DNA of 64,000 nucleotides from Elusimicrobiota bacterium (GTDB lineage: Bacteria; Elusimicrobiota; Elusimicrobia; Elusimicrobiales; UBA9959), in contig JAINCQ010000018.1 of assembly GCA_036574205.1 (NCBI GenBank), forward strand, positions 1-64,000, given 5' to 3'. The position numbers and the translations under genes are program-made. The number at the start of each line of letters is the position of its first letter. The stretch's first letter is position 1. The notes below the pieces were generated by a model. The model did no database searches. It was not told the origin of the DNA and saw only the letters and a program-made list of their open reading frames with translations. Of this stretch, positions 9,167 through 19,713 are shown piece by piece.

Positions 9167-11170
9167 ATGGATTTGAAAATAAAACGTGTTTTTATTTTAA
9201 GCACCGCAGTTTTGAGTTTTATATCATTCTGGCGGGCAGCAGCTATAGTTTTGTGTGATTTTGGTTCAAGCGCTTACTATGCTGGTGGGATAGCAGCAAA
9301 AGCTTATGGACCAGCGTTCCCATATTTTATACTTGGGGTTATGCTTCTGTCTGGTTTTTTGTTGATGGCATACATTGAATCTTCAACTCTTTTTACAAGA
9401 GGCGGTGTTTATGTGACCGTAAGAGAAGCAATGGGAAAGACAATGGCTAAACTTTCAGTTTCTTCTCTGGTTTTTGATTATCTTCTTACCGCTCCAATAA
9501 GCGCGGTAAGCGCTGGGTTGTATTTAGCTTATCTGCTTAAGATAATATTGCCTTACATAAATCCATCATGGGATATAAATCCTCAAATTATAGCAGTGAT
9601 GTTTTCACTTATTGTTATAGTATATTTCTGGAGAGAAAACATAAAAGGGGTGAAAGAATCTTCCGAAAACAATATTAAAATAATACTTTTTACCGGTTTT
9701 GTCGGAGTTATTTTATTAGTTTTTTCGGTTTATACAATCTATAAAAAAGGGTTTGTATTGCCAAAGTTTGCTTTTAATTTTCATAATGAGTCACTTGGAT
9801 GGGCTAGATATATTGATTTTTTAAAGCCTGTTGGATTAATAGGCATAATAATGGCTATGGGACATTCAATACTTGCTTTAAGTGGTCTTGAAACTCTGGC
9901 TCAGGTTTATAGAGAGATAGAAGATCCAAAGATTAAAAATCTAAAAAAGGCAGTTGTAGTTATATTTATTTTTAGCCTTTTTTTTACAGGTATTCTTACT
10001 TTTCTTTCAGCTGTTATTATACCTTATGAGAAAATAATAAGCGTCTATTCTGAAAATCTTTTAAGCGGGCTTGCAATGGAGTTATATGCGCCCTATGGAA
10101 TACGAGTTGCAATTAAAACAATTGTAGTTATTTCAGCTCTTCTTATGCTTGTTGGCGCTGTCAACACAGCAATAGTTGGCGCAAATGGAATATTAAATAG
10201 AGTGGCGGAGGATGGGATCCTTCCTGATGTGATAAGAAAACTACATCCAAAATATGGAACAACATACAGGATGATAACATTGATAGCAATTCTTCAATCT
10301 GTTATAGTAATATTGTCAGGTGGAAATGTATTTTTATTGGGGGAGGCGTATGCTTTTGGAGTATTGTGGAGTCTTACTTTTGATCTTCTGGCGCTTATAT
10401 TCTTGAGATTCAGAAAATATGATCAAGAAAGAGAGTGGTTTTATCCACTTAATATAAGTTTTAGTAGGTATAAAGTGCCTGTGGGATTGATATTACTTTT
10501 TCTTATTATGTTATCTCTTGCTCTTATTAATCTTTTTACAAAAAATATCGCAACAATAGCCGGGGTGAGTTTTACAATAGTGCTTTATGTAATTTTTACT
10601 TATTATGAAAAAAAAACTTCACGTTCCGAGGAATTGCATGATATTAAAGGTGAGGTTTATGAAGAAAAAGTTAACATTATAAATGAGAAAGAGATATCTG
10701 AGATGTTTAAAAGGTTTGTGAAACCGCAAAAAATACTTGTTCCTGTAAGAAATCCAAATAACCTGATACACTTAAAATCTGTTCTTGAAACTGCAAATGA
10801 TGAGAACACTGATATTGTTGTTCTTTATATTAAAATTGAAAAAGGATATGAGTATGGTTTTAATTCTGATTCTCTTAATGAAGAGGAAAGAGATTTGTTT
10901 TCAAAAGTTATATTGATAGCTGAAAAATATGGCAAAACAGTTCATCCAGTCGTTATATTTTCCAATAATCCTATTTTTACTATAGTTTATTCAGCAATTT
11001 GTGGGAATTTTGATAAGGTAGTGATGGGTGTTTCAGGTAGTATGGGTGCTGAAACGCAGCTTGAAAGCATTGCTATGATGTGGGGGATGCATAGACCTAA
11101 AGATTTTAACAGAAAAATAGAAGTTAGTATAGTATGGGAATCAAGATCTCTTTCACATACTTTTATCTGA
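9167..11170 (+). CDS. APC-family permease with C-terminal USP-like domain
   Basis: About 12 TM segments; GSSAYY, GGVY, LSGLE motifs; C-terminal KILVPVRNP..VVMG. Confidence 0.8.
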   Translation: MDLKIKRVFILSTAVLSFISFWRAAAIVLCDFGSSAYYAGGIAAKAYGPAFPYFILGVMLLSGFLLMAYIESSTLFTRGGVYVTVREAMGKTMAKLSVSSLVFDYLLTAPISAVSAGLYLAYLLKIILPYINPSWDINPQIIAVMFSLIVIVYFWRENIKGVKESSENNIKIILFTGFVGVILLVFSVYTIYKKGFVLPKFAFNFHNESLGWARYIDFLKPVGLIGIIMAMGHSILALSGLETLAQVYREIEDPKIKNLKKAVVVIFIFSLFFTGILTFLSAVIIPYEKIISVYSENLLSGLAMELYAPYGIRVAIKTIVVISALLMLVGAVNTAIVGANGILNRVAEDGILPDVIRKLHPKYGTTYRMITLIAILQSVIVILSGGNVFLLGEAYAFGVLWSLTFDLLALIFLRFRKYDQEREWFYPLNISFSRYKVPVGLILLFLIMLSLALINLFTKNIATIAGVSFTIVLYVIFTYYEKKTSRSEELHDIKGEVYEEKVNIINEKEISEMFKRFVKPQKILVPVRNPNNLIHLKSVLETANDENTDIVVLYIKIEKGYEYGFNSDSLNEEERDLFSKVILIAEKYGKTVHPVVIFSNNPIFTIVYSAICGNFDKVVMGVSGSMGAETQLESIAMMWGMHRPKDFNRKIEVSIVWESRSLSHTFI

Positions 11171-11219
11171 ATCGCAATATTTTTTTAATATATAGTAATT
11201 TTAAAATAGAGGAGGTTTT

Positions 11220-11774
11220 ATGGCTGTAAGAAGAATAGTTAAATATGGTGAATCTATCTTAAAAAAGAAAACCAGGAAAGTGGTGTATGATGAAATCAAA
11301 CCAAAAATTTTGGAAATATTAAAAGATATGAATGATACATTACAGGTAGTAAATGGCATTGGACTTGCTGCCAATCAAATAGGAATAGATTATCAGATTG
11401 CTATTATAAAATTTAAAGACAAAGAAAGAAGAAAAGTATATGATATAGTTATAATAAATCCTCAGATTATTTTGGGGGAAGGAGAGATGATAGAGGATGA
11501 AGGTTGTTTGTCTTTTCCAGGACTATTTGCTCCAATAAAAAGATATGAAAGAGTGGTTGTTAGAGCATTAAATGAAAAAGGAATTCCAGTTGAGATAAAA
11601 GGAGAAGGATTATTAGCAAGAGCATTACAACATGAGATAGATCATCTAAATGGCATTGTTTTTATAGATCACCTTCCATTTACATCAAGACTAAAGCTTA
11701 AGCCGGCGCTTATAAAGCTTAAAAGGCAATGGAAAAAAATTGATGAGACTAACTTAAAACCTGAAATTATGTAA
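11220..11774 (+). CDS. def: Peptide deformylase
   Basis: GIGLAANQIG, EGCLS, QHEIDHL. Confidence 0.97.
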   Translation: MAVRRIVKYGESILKKKTRKVVYDEIKPKILEILKDMNDTLQVVNGIGLAANQIGIDYQIAIIKFKDKERRKVYDIVIINPQIILGEGEMIEDEGCLSFPGLFAPIKRYERVVVRALNEKGIPVEIKGEGLLARALQHEIDHLNGIVFIDHLPFTSRLKLKPALIKLKRQWKKIDETNLKPEIM

Positions 11775-11791
11775 AAAACTAAGAGGTTTTT

Positions 11792-12760
11792 GTGAATATA
11801 TCCAGAAGGAAAAAAATTGTTTTCATAGGAACTCCGTCAGTTGCATCTATTTTCTTACATGAGCTTTGTAAAAATGGATTTAAACCTGATTTTGTCATAA
11901 CCCAGCCAGATAAACCTTTTGGAAGAGACAAAAAAATTCTCCCTCCACCTGTTAAAATTGCCGCATTTGAGCACAATATCCAGGTTTTTCAACCTTTTGA
12001 TTCAAGGGATCTTTCTAAGGTTATAAAAGAAATAAAACCTGATATTGGAATTATTGTCGCTTATGGGAAGTTGCTGTCAAAAGATTCTCTTGAATATTGT
12101 TCAACAGGCTTTTTTAATATCCATTTTTCATTTCTCCCCTCTTATCGTGGCGCTGATCCGGTTAGATGGGTTATAATTAATAAGGAAATTGAGACAGGAG
12201 TAAGCATATTTAAAGTTGAGGAAAAACTTGATAGTGGCGAAATTTTAGTTCAAGAAAAAATTTTAATAGATAAAGATGAAACTTCTATAACACTTCTTAA
12301 TAAACTGGTTGATAAAGCAAAAAAAATGATTATTAATGTCATGCCTTCTATAATCTCTGGAAATTTTACTCTTTTCCCTCAAAAGGGTGTGCCAACGTAT
12401 GCTCCAAAACTTTATCTAAAAGATACATATATAAATTTTTATGATTCGGTTGAAAATGTCTACGCCAGGATAAGGGCTTTTTCTTATGATCCTTACTCAA
12501 GATTTGTTTTTTTGCATGATGGAAAAGAATATCATATTCAAATTATTTCAGCTCAACTGACTAATATAGATGACTCTAAATTTTCTTGTGGTAGAATTTC
12601 AGGTTTTGAAAAAAACAAAGGTATTTTTGTAAAATGTCTGAATGGAAGCATTTTTCTTAAAACTATAAAACCTCAGGGCAAAAAGGAAATGAATGCTTAT
12701 GATTTTTTTATAAATGGCATAAGATTAAAAATTGGAGATTTTGTTTATGAAAGGAAATGA
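11792..12760 (+). CDS. fmt: Methionyl-tRNA formyltransferase
   Basis: FIGTP, TQPDKP, NIHFSFLPSYRGA; follows def. Confidence 0.95.
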   Translation: MNISRRKKIVFIGTPSVASIFLHELCKNGFKPDFVITQPDKPFGRDKKILPPPVKIAAFEHNIQVFQPFDSRDLSKVIKEIKPDIGIIVAYGKLLSKDSLEYCSTGFFNIHFSFLPSYRGADPVRWVIINKEIETGVSIFKVEEKLDSGEILVQEKILIDKDETSITLLNKLVDKAKKMIINVMPSIISGNFTLFPQKGVPTYAPKLYLKDTYINFYDSVENVYARIRAFSYDPYSRFVFLHDGKEYHIQIISAQLTNIDDSKFSCGRISGFEKNKGIFVKCLNGSIFLKTIKPQGKKEMNAYDFFINGIRLKIGDFVYERK

Positions 12761-13718
12761 TATTCCACTTAACTATAAATATTTTTTGAAAATATTAGGC
12801 GTAATAATATTTATATCCTTTTTTTCTTATTTTATGATAAATTGGGCTATTGAATCAGTTATACATTCAAGAAAGGAGATAATGGTACCGGATATTAAAG
12901 GCAAGTCTGCTCTGACCGCTTTACAACTTCTTTCAGAAAACGATCTGGCCATGCAAATAGAAGGATTTGAATTTGATTCTTCTGTTCCAGTTGGAACGGT
13001 TTTAAGGCAAACCCCTCAAGCTGGGATATTTGTGAGAGAAGGCAAGATTGTGAAGGTTATATTCTCTCAAGGTGGCGAATCAGTTTTTGTTCCAAATATT
13101 GTAGGAATGCCAATAAGAAATGCTGAGCTTTTGTTAAGGCAAAGGCAACTGGTTCTTGGAGAGGTTACCGAATCTTATTCAACCAAATTTGAAAAAGGAA
13201 TGGTTATATATCAACAGCCGCAGGTTGATTCTCAGGTTTCAAAAAACACATATGTTAACCTTATCGTTTCAGCAGGATATCCTCCCAAAGGGGTTGTATT
13301 AATGCCGGATTTCAGACAGAAAAAAATTTCTGATTTTTTAAAATGGATAGAATTAAATCCACAAATTAAATATTCTATTAATCATGAAAAAAATACTGTA
13401 TTCCCAAAAGATACCATCATAGAACAATCTCCATCTTATGATGTTCAGATAAATGAAGGAACACAGGTCATTATAACAGTTAGCGATAACGATATGGGTC
13501 AGACTGTTGAGGAGTATAAGATAATATATAATCTTTCTCAAAGCGGTTCTCAGAGAAATGTAAGGATAGTAGCTGTCAGTAAGACAGGTGATAAAGAAAT
13601 TTTTAATGCAATAAAAGATCCTGGCTCAAAAATAGAATTGACGATCCCTAAATCCTCTGCTGAGAAAATAAGGATTTTTGTCAATGGAATACTGATAGAA
13701 GAAAGACAGGTTAAATAG
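12747..13718 (+). CDS. PASTA-domain membrane protein
   Basis: TM followed by three VP/MP-D/N PASTA repeats; ATG at 12747 has GGAG upstream. Confidence 0.85.
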   Translation: MKGNDIPLNYKYFLKILGVIIFISFFSYFMINWAIESVIHSRKEIMVPDIKGKSALTALQLLSENDLAMQIEGFEFDSSVPVGTVLRQTPQAGIFVREGKIVKVIFSQGGESVFVPNIVGMPIRNAELLLRQRQLVLGEVTESYSTKFEKGMVIYQQPQVDSQVSKNTYVNLIVSAGYPPKGVVLMPDFRQKKISDFLKWIELNPQIKYSINHEKNTVFPKDTIIEQSPSYDVQINEGTQVIITVSDNDMGQTVEEYKIIYNLSQSGSQRNVRIVAVSKTGDKEIFNAIKDPGSKIELTIPKSSAEKIRIFVNGILIEERQVK

Positions 13719-13776
13719 TCTATATATTGATAGTTATTTGTTTGTATAAATAAATTGGGAAAGGTAAGATTATAGT

Positions 13777-14445
13777 ATGAGATTTCCAGATTATAATGAA
13801 AATTTTATAGTTCCATCACTGCTTTCAGCAGATTTTTCACATCTTAAAAAGGAAATAAAAAGTGTGGAAAAATACTCTGGATGGTTGCAGTTGGACGTTA
13901 TGGATGGGCATTTCGTTCCAAATTTAAGTTTTGGACCGCATATAGCTGAGTGTGTTAAAAAGATAACATCACTTCCTCTTGATGTTCATCTTATGGTTAA
14001 AAATCCAGTAAAGTTTATTGAACCATTTATAAAAAGTGGGGCTGATTTAATAACTGTTCATTTCGAATCTGATGATTTTGAGAAAGCGTTAAAGTTAATA
14101 AAGAAATACAGAATTAAAGCCGGCATAGCCTTAAAGCCAAAAACTCAATTTGAGAAAATCAAAAAAATAATTCCTTTTTGTGATCTTGTTCTTATTATGA
14201 CTGTTGAGCCTGGTTTTGGCGGACAAAATTTTATCTTTGATATGATCCATAAAATAAAACAGGCAAGAGATTTTATAAATTTAAATAAATATAAAATCTA
14301 TTTACAGGTTGATGGTGGAATAAATGAAAATACTATACTTTATGCAATGAACTCAGGAGCTAATTCTTTTGTTATGGGAAGCGCTTTGTTTGCTAAAAAA
14401 AACCCATTTTTTATTAAAAAGATGTATAATTTAATTAGGGTATGA
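13777..14445 (+). CDS. rpe: Ribulose-phosphate 3-epimerase
   Basis: PSLLSAD, DVMDGHFVPN, MTVEPGFGGQ, VDGG. Confidence 0.97.
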   Translation: MRFPDYNENFIVPSLLSADFSHLKKEIKSVEKYSGWLQLDVMDGHFVPNLSFGPHIAECVKKITSLPLDVHLMVKNPVKFIEPFIKSGADLITVHFESDDFEKALKLIKKYRIKAGIALKPKTQFEKIKKIIPFCDLVLIMTVEPGFGGQNFIFDMIHKIKQARDFINLNKYKIYLQVDGGINENTILYAMNSGANSFVMGSALFAKKNPFFIKKMYNLIRV

Positions 14446-14804
14446 AAAAAATATTAATAATAGATGATGAAGAATTAATAGTCAAAGTTCTTTCTTTGAG
14501 ATTAGAGGGAGAGGGGTATGAGGTAATGCAGTCCTATGATGGCAATGACGGACTGGATAAAGCCATAAAATTTAAACCAGACCTGGCTATCGTGGATTTA
14601 GGCCTTCCAAAGGTGGATGGAAATACAATATGCGATGTTTTAAAGAAAAATGAGAAAACAAAAGGAATTAAGATAATAATACTTACCGGGAAAAAACTTA
14701 TGTATGATATGGAAAAAGCTTTTGAAAGTGGCGCTGACGCTTATATCTCAAAGCCTTATGAATTTCCATTGCTTTTACAGAAAATAAAGAAACTTATAGG
14801 ATAA
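14442..14804 (+). CDS. Single-domain response regulator (receiver only)
   Basis: ILIIDD, VDLGLP, LTG, YISKP. Confidence 0.9.
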   Translation: MKKILIIDDEELIVKVLSLRLEGEGYEVMQSYDGNDGLDKAIKFKPDLAIVDLGLPKVDGNTICDVLKKNEKTKGIKIIILTGKKLMYDMEKAFESGADAYISKPYEFPLLLQKIKKLIG

Positions 14805-14877
14805 TATAATCATAGATTTTTATTTCTTTCCGTTAAATCTATTTTGTATAATATTATTATATATAACAGGAGGAAAA

Positions 14878-15129
14878 ATGGCTGTTGTTTTAAGATTTCA
14901 AAGGTATGGTAAAAGGGTCCAGCCAAATTATAAAATAGTTGCAATCGATAAAACAAAAGGTCCCACTGGCAAGCCTATAGAGGTTATTGGTAACTATAAT
15001 CCAAAAGCAGAAAAAATATCTGAGAAAATAATAATTAAAATGGATAGATATGATTATTGGATTAAAACAGGCGCTATGCCCAGTGAAACGTTAAGCTTGC
15101 TTGTAAATAAGTTGAAAGAAAATAAATAA
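14878..15129 (+). CDS. rpsP: 30S ribosomal protein S16
   Basis: LRFQRYGKRVQPNYKIV, GNYNP, GAMPSET. Confidence 0.95.
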   Translation: MAVVLRFQRYGKRVQPNYKIVAIDKTKGPTGKPIEVIGNYNPKAEKISEKIIIKMDRYDYWIKTGAMPSETLSLLVNKLKENK

Positions 15130-15135
15130 TCGCTT

Positions 15136-15369
15136 ATGCAAAACTTGCTTTCTTATATTGTTTTTTCAATAGTTGACGATAAGAAAGGTATTAATTTAAG
15201 TTTATTTGAAAAAAATGAAGAGATGATATTTCATATATCTGCTAATTCTAAGAATAAGTCAAAGTTGATAGGCAGAGATGGAAAAGTTATAAACAGCATA
15301 AGAGATTATCTTATGGCTGTTTCCAGAAAGTTTAACAAAAAAGTTTATATTGAAATTGATGACAATTGA
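15136..15369 (+). CDS. khpA: KH-domain RNA-binding protein (KhpA family)
   Basis: KLIGRDGKVINSIR; position after rpsP. Confidence 0.85.
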   Translation: MQNLLSYIVFSIVDDKKGINLSLFEKNEEMIFHISANSKNKSKLIGRDGKVINSIRDYLMAVSRKFNKKVYIEIDDN

Positions 15370-16063
15370 TGTGGTAACTCTCTTCCCCGAGATGGTGGAT
15401 TTTCCGCTGTCTTTAAGTATAATTGGAAGAGCAAGAAAAAAAGGTCTCTTAAAACTTGGTTTTGTTAACCCCAGGGATTTTGCCACTGATAATCATAAAA
15501 CAGTTGATTCAAAGCCGTATGGTGGCGGCAGTGGAATGCTTTTAATGGCTGATCCTGTTTATAAAGCTATATCAAAAGTTAGGCGCAAAAATTCTTACGT
15601 CATACTTTTAACTCCTAAGGGAAAGGTTTTTAACCAGAAACTCGCCTTCAATCTTTTATCTAAAAAACATATAGTGCTTATTTGTGGGCATTATGAGGGA
15701 ATAGACGAAAGGATATCTGGTTTTATAGATGATGAGATTTCAATAGGAGATTTTATACTTTCTGGAGGAGAGCCAGCAGCTATATGCTTTATAGATTGCA
15801 TAGCAAGGCTTATTGATGGGGTAATAAATAAAGAAAGCGCTAAAAATGAAAGCTTTTCAGAATATTTGCTTGAACCCCCTCAGTATACACGCCCGTTTAT
15901 CTGGAGAAATAAGAGGGTTCCAAAGGTGCTTTTAAGCGGAAATCATAAAGAGATAGCTATGTGGCGGTTTAAGAAATCTATAGAGATTACCAGAAGGAAA
16001 AGGCCTGATTTATATAAAAAATTTTTAGAGAAAAGCAAAGAAAATATCAAGGAGGAAAAATGA
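15350..16063 (+). CDS. trmD: tRNA (guanine37-N1)-methyltransferase
   Basis: [34 protein letters not shown]. Confidence 0.97.
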   Translation: MKLMTIDVVTLFPEMVDFPLSLSIIGRARKKGLLKLGFVNPRDFATDNHKTVDSKPYGGGSGMLLMADPVYKAISKVRRKNSYVILLTPKGKVFNQKLAFNLLSKKHIVLICGHYEGIDERISGFIDDEISIGDFILSGGEPAAICFIDCIARLIDGVINKESAKNESFSEYLLEPPQYTRPFIWRNKRVPKVLLSGNHKEIAMWRFKKSIEITRRKRPDLYKKFLEKSKENIKEEK

Positions 16064-16470
16064 ATAAACTCAATGAGATTATGAAGGAGTATATTAAAGA
16101 ATTTAAGTATAAAGTTGGAGATAGAGTCCTTGTTCATATTAAGGTGACAGAAGGTGATACTGAAAGAATTCAGGTTTTTGATGGTATAATAATGGCAATA
16201 AGAGGAAGTGGATCTTCAAAAACTTTTACTGTAAGAAAGATATCTTATGGTGTCGGTGTTGAAAGGACATTTCCAGTCAATTCTCCTAAGATAGAGAAGA
16301 TAGAATTAGTTAGAAATAATAAAGTTAGAAAAGCAAAACTTAATTATATAAGAAAATTAAGCGGTAAAGCTGCCAGGCTTATTGAACTAATATCTCAAGA
16401 AAAGCAAGCAGTTGAAAATCCTGTCACTGAAAAAGAGACAGTTAAACAAGAATCTAAAAACAATAATTAA
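16060..16470 (+). CDS. rplS: 50S ribosomal protein L19
   Basis: [25 protein letters not shown]. Confidence 0.97.
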   Translation: MNKLNEIMKEYIKEFKYKVGDRVLVHIKVTEGDTERIQVFDGIIMAIRGSGSSKTFTVRKISYGVGVERTFPVNSPKIEKIELVRNNKVRKAKLNYIRKLSGKAARLIELISQEKQAVENPVTEKETVKQESKNNN

Positions 16471-16477
16471 TTGTAAC

Positions 16478-17155
16478 ATGCAAAAAAGCATGATTAATTT
16501 GTTTGATATGCCCCTTGTGAAAAAGGGGCTTGTTTTTTTTGACCAGAAACTTAAACATAATCATGAAAAAGAATTAATTATCGGGGTAGATGAGGCAGGC
16601 AGAGGTCCTCTGGCAGGACCGGTTGTTGCTTGTGCATGTGTTATATACGACTATTCCGCTGATTTTTTAAATGATGTTAACGATAGTAAAAAATTATCCG
16701 CTTTTAAAAGAGAACGTGTTTTTAAAAAAATGATTTCAAATCCATGCGTTAGATTTTCTTTTGCCTATTCAACAAACGAAGAAATAGATAAACTGAATAT
16801 ATTGAACGCATCTTTAAAGGCTATGAGGATTGCTGTTGAGCGTCTTATTTCATATTTATCTCTTAACTCATCCAGACTGCTTGTTGCGGTGGATGGTAAC
16901 CATCTTATAAATGAGATTAAATTAGATCAAATTTCTATAATAAAAGGAGACTCAAAAAGCGCTGCTATAGCATGCGCCAGTATATTCGCTAAAGTTTTAA
17001 GAGACAGATGGATGGATGTAATTCATCTTAACTATCCAGCATATGAATTTAAAAGACATAAAGGATATCCAACAAAAAGGCATATTGAGTTAATAAAAAA
17101 ATATGGGCTTAGTTCATATCACAGAAAAACTTATGCACCATGTTCTAATTTATGA
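16478..17155 (+). CDS. rnhB: Ribonuclease HII (start codon uncertain)
   Basis: GVDEAGRGPLAGPV, DSKKL, KGD, ASIFAKVLRD, HKGYPT. Confidence 0.95.
   Translation: MQKSMINLFDMPLVKKGLVFFDQKLKHNHEKELIIGVDEAGRGPLAGPVVACACVIYDYSADFLNDVNDSKKLSAFKRERVFKKMISNPCVRFSFAYSTNEEIDKLNILNASLKAMRIAVERLISYLSLNSSRLLVAVDGNHLINEIKLDQISIIKGDSKSAAIACASIFAKVLRDRWMDVIHLNYPAYEFKRHKGYPTKRHIELIKKYGLSSYHRKTYAPCSNL
16510..16540 (+). terminator. Putative intrinsic terminator after rplS, overlapping the rnhB 5' region
   Basis: GCCCCTT-gtgaaa-AAGGGGC followed by TTGTTTTTTTT. Confidence 0.6.
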
Positions 17156-17514
17156 GAGAATTAGGAAAAAAATACGAAGACATAGCTTGTAGATATCTTG
17201 AAAAAAATGGATACAGGATAATTGAAAGGAATTTTTTAACTAAACTTGGAGAAATTGATATTGTGGCGCGTGATAGAAAAACACTTTGTTTTGTTGAAAT
17301 AAAAGCAAGAAAAGATTCAGAGTATGAGCCATTTGAAGCGGTTAACAAAAGAAAGATGGATAAGATAATAAAGTCCTCTATTATATATCTTAAAGTTAGG
17401 AAAGTTTCACCATCCACTGATTTAAGGTATGATGTTCTTTCAATAACTGGTAAAATAGATTCGCCTGATTTTTTTCTAATAAAAGATGCATTTAAAGTTG
17501 ACAGATATTTTTAA
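17152..17514 (+). CDS. yraN: YraN family (UPF0102) endonuclease
   Basis: GEIDIVA, FVEIKAR, RYDV. Confidence 0.9.
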   Translation: MRELGKKYEDIACRYLEKNGYRIIERNFLTKLGEIDIVARDRKTLCFVEIKARKDSEYEPFEAVNKRKMDKIIKSSIIYLKVRKVSPSTDLRYDVLSITGKIDSPDFFLIKDAFKVDRYF

Positions 17515-17536
17515 TAGAGTTAAATGGAGTTATTTT

Positions 17537-18364
17537 ATGAATGGAATTGAGATGTATAAAAAAATAGTTGAAACAGCCAAATATCTAAGAAAAAGGATAA
17601 AAAATCTTAATCCACAATATCTTATTATAATGGGAAGCGGACTTAAAAACGCTATGCCTGAAATGGAAAACCTCCAAAGTATCCCATACACTGAAATACC
17701 TAATTTCCCCCCCACCACTGTAAAGGGACATATCGGTGAGCTTATATATGGAGATTATAAGGGTAGAAATGTTCTTATTATGCGTGGAAGATTTCATTAT
17801 TATGAGGGACATCCTATAAGCTTTATTTCCTTTCCGATAAGATTGTTTAATTATCTCGGAGTAAAAAAAATGATTGTCACTGCGGCGGTTGGTTCCCTGA
17901 AAAGAAACATTAAACCGGGAGATATAGTCCTTATTAAAAATCACATTAATCTTATGGATACAAATCCACTTATAGGAAATTTTTATGAGAAATTTGGCGA
18001 GATGTTTGTTGATATGTCAGAGCCTTATAATATTAATATGTTAAATAAGGTTGAAAAGGCTTTTAGAATTAGAAAAATATTGCTTAAAAAAGGAGTTTAT
18101 GTGGCAGTTAGCGGTCCATGTTATGAGACTATTGCTGAAGCTAATATGTATAGAATTATAGGTGGTGATGTTATGGGTATGTCAGTTGTTCCTGAGGTTA
18201 TAAGCGCCAAACAACTTAAAATGGATGTTTTTGGAATTACATGGGTTTCAAATTATGTCCCTGGCATAGAGAGCAAAAACATATCTCATGATGATGTATT
18301 GAGACTTGGCGAAATTGCAGGTAATAAAATAAAAGAAATTATAAAGTTTGTTTTGGAGATTTAA
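17537..18364 (+). CDS. punA: Purine-nucleoside phosphorylase (trimeric type)
   Basis: GSGL, GRFHYYEG, GPCYET, GMSVVPE. Confidence 0.9.
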   Translation: MNGIEMYKKIVETAKYLRKRIKNLNPQYLIIMGSGLKNAMPEMENLQSIPYTEIPNFPPTTVKGHIGELIYGDYKGRNVLIMRGRFHYYEGHPISFISFPIRLFNYLGVKKMIVTAAVGSLKRNIKPGDIVLIKNHINLMDTNPLIGNFYEKFGEMFVDMSEPYNINMLNKVEKAFRIRKILLKKGVYVAVSGPCYETIAEANMYRIIGGDVMGMSVVPEVISAKQLKMDVFGITWVSNYVPGIESKNISHDDVLRLGEIAGNKIKEIIKFVLEI

Positions 18365-18369
18365 ATTAC

Positions 18370-19680
18370 ATGAGAATGATTAAAATAATATTGAAGAAAA
18401 GAGACGGATTTGAACTTGACTATGAAGATTTCAAATTTGTTGCAGATGGAGCGGCAAAAGGATATATTCCTGATTATCAGCTTTCAAGCTGGCTTATGGC
18501 TTGTTTTTTAAATGGACTTAACGAAAGAGAAACCTCTTATCTTACTAAAGCGATGGCTTTTTCCGGTAAAAGGCTTAATTTAAAAGAGATAAAAAAGGTT
18601 AAGGTCGATAAACATTCAACTGGTGGCGTGGGCGATGGAATCTCACTTGCTCTTGCTCCAATTGTGGCAAGCTGTGGAGTATGTGTGCCTATGATGAGTG
18701 GAAGGGGGCTTGGACATACCGGAGGAACCCTTGATAAACTTGAATCCATAAGAAACTTTAATGTACAACCTGGATATAATCGTATATTGAAACAGCTTAA
18801 AGCTATAGACATTGCAATGTTTGGCCAAACTCGGGAACTGGCGCCAGCAGATAAAAAACTTTATTCTCTAAGAGATGTTACAGGAACAGTTGAGTCCATA
18901 CCACTTATTGTTGCAAGTATCCTTTCCAAAAAATATGCCGAGGGAATAAATGCGCTTGTTATGGATGTTAAATTTGGGAGTGGCGCTTTCATGCGTGATT
19001 ATGGTAAAGCAAAATCTTTAGCTTCTGCTTTGGTAAAAACATCAAAACTACTTGGAATAAAAGCCGTTTCAATTATGAGCAATATGGATTTTCCACTTGG
19101 CAGGGCTATTGGCAATGGTATAGAGATGGAGCAAGCTATAAGGATTCTACAGGGCGAGAAGATCGCTTCTGATTTTGAAGAACTTTTATATTTTCTTTGC
19201 GGATATATGATATGGCTTGGTAAAAAAGCAAGAACCCCTGAAGATGGATATGAGAAAGCTATTAATGCTGTGAGATCCGGCAGAGCGCTTAGAAAACTCA
19301 GAGATATGATTAGATGGCAACAAGGAGATGAAAGAGTTGTTTATTCCCCTTCTACATTTATTCCAAAGTCTAAGATCGTTAGCTATTTTAAGGCTAATTC
19401 AGATGGTTATATATCCAATATGGATGCAAGGACAATAGGATATTCTACTATAGCTCTTGGCGTAGGAAGAACCAAAGCAGAAGATAATATTGATTACGGG
19501 GCAGGTATATGGCTTGAGAAAAAATATGGAGATTATGTAAAAAAAGGCGATGTTATTGCTGTTTTTTATGGTTCTGAAATTGAAAAAATAAATGAATGCA
19601 AAAAAATATTTACAAAAGCGTTAAGTTTTTCGCAAAAAATGCCAAAGAAAATCAAGCTCATTGAGGATATAATAAAATAA
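18370..19680 (+). CDS. pdp: Pyrimidine-nucleoside/thymidine phosphorylase
   Basis: DKHSTGGVGD, SGRGLGHTGGTLDKLE, ASILSKK. Confidence 0.95.
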   Translation: MRMIKIILKKRDGFELDYEDFKFVADGAAKGYIPDYQLSSWLMACFLNGLNERETSYLTKAMAFSGKRLNLKEIKKVKVDKHSTGGVGDGISLALAPIVASCGVCVPMMSGRGLGHTGGTLDKLESIRNFNVQPGYNRILKQLKAIDIAMFGQTRELAPADKKLYSLRDVTGTVESIPLIVASILSKKYAEGINALVMDVKFGSGAFMRDYGKAKSLASALVKTSKLLGIKAVSIMSNMDFPLGRAIGNGIEMEQAIRILQGEKIASDFEELLYFLCGYMIWLGKKARTPEDGYEKAINAVRSGRALRKLRDMIRWQQGDERVVYSPSTFIPKSKIVSYFKANSDGYISNMDARTIGYSTIALGVGRTKAEDNIDYGAGIWLEKKYGDYVKKGDVIAVFYGSEIEKINECKKIFTKALSFSQKMPKKIKLIEDIIK

Positions 19681-19713
19681 TTTTCTTGAAATTTTTTTAT
19701 AGCGGAGATTTTT

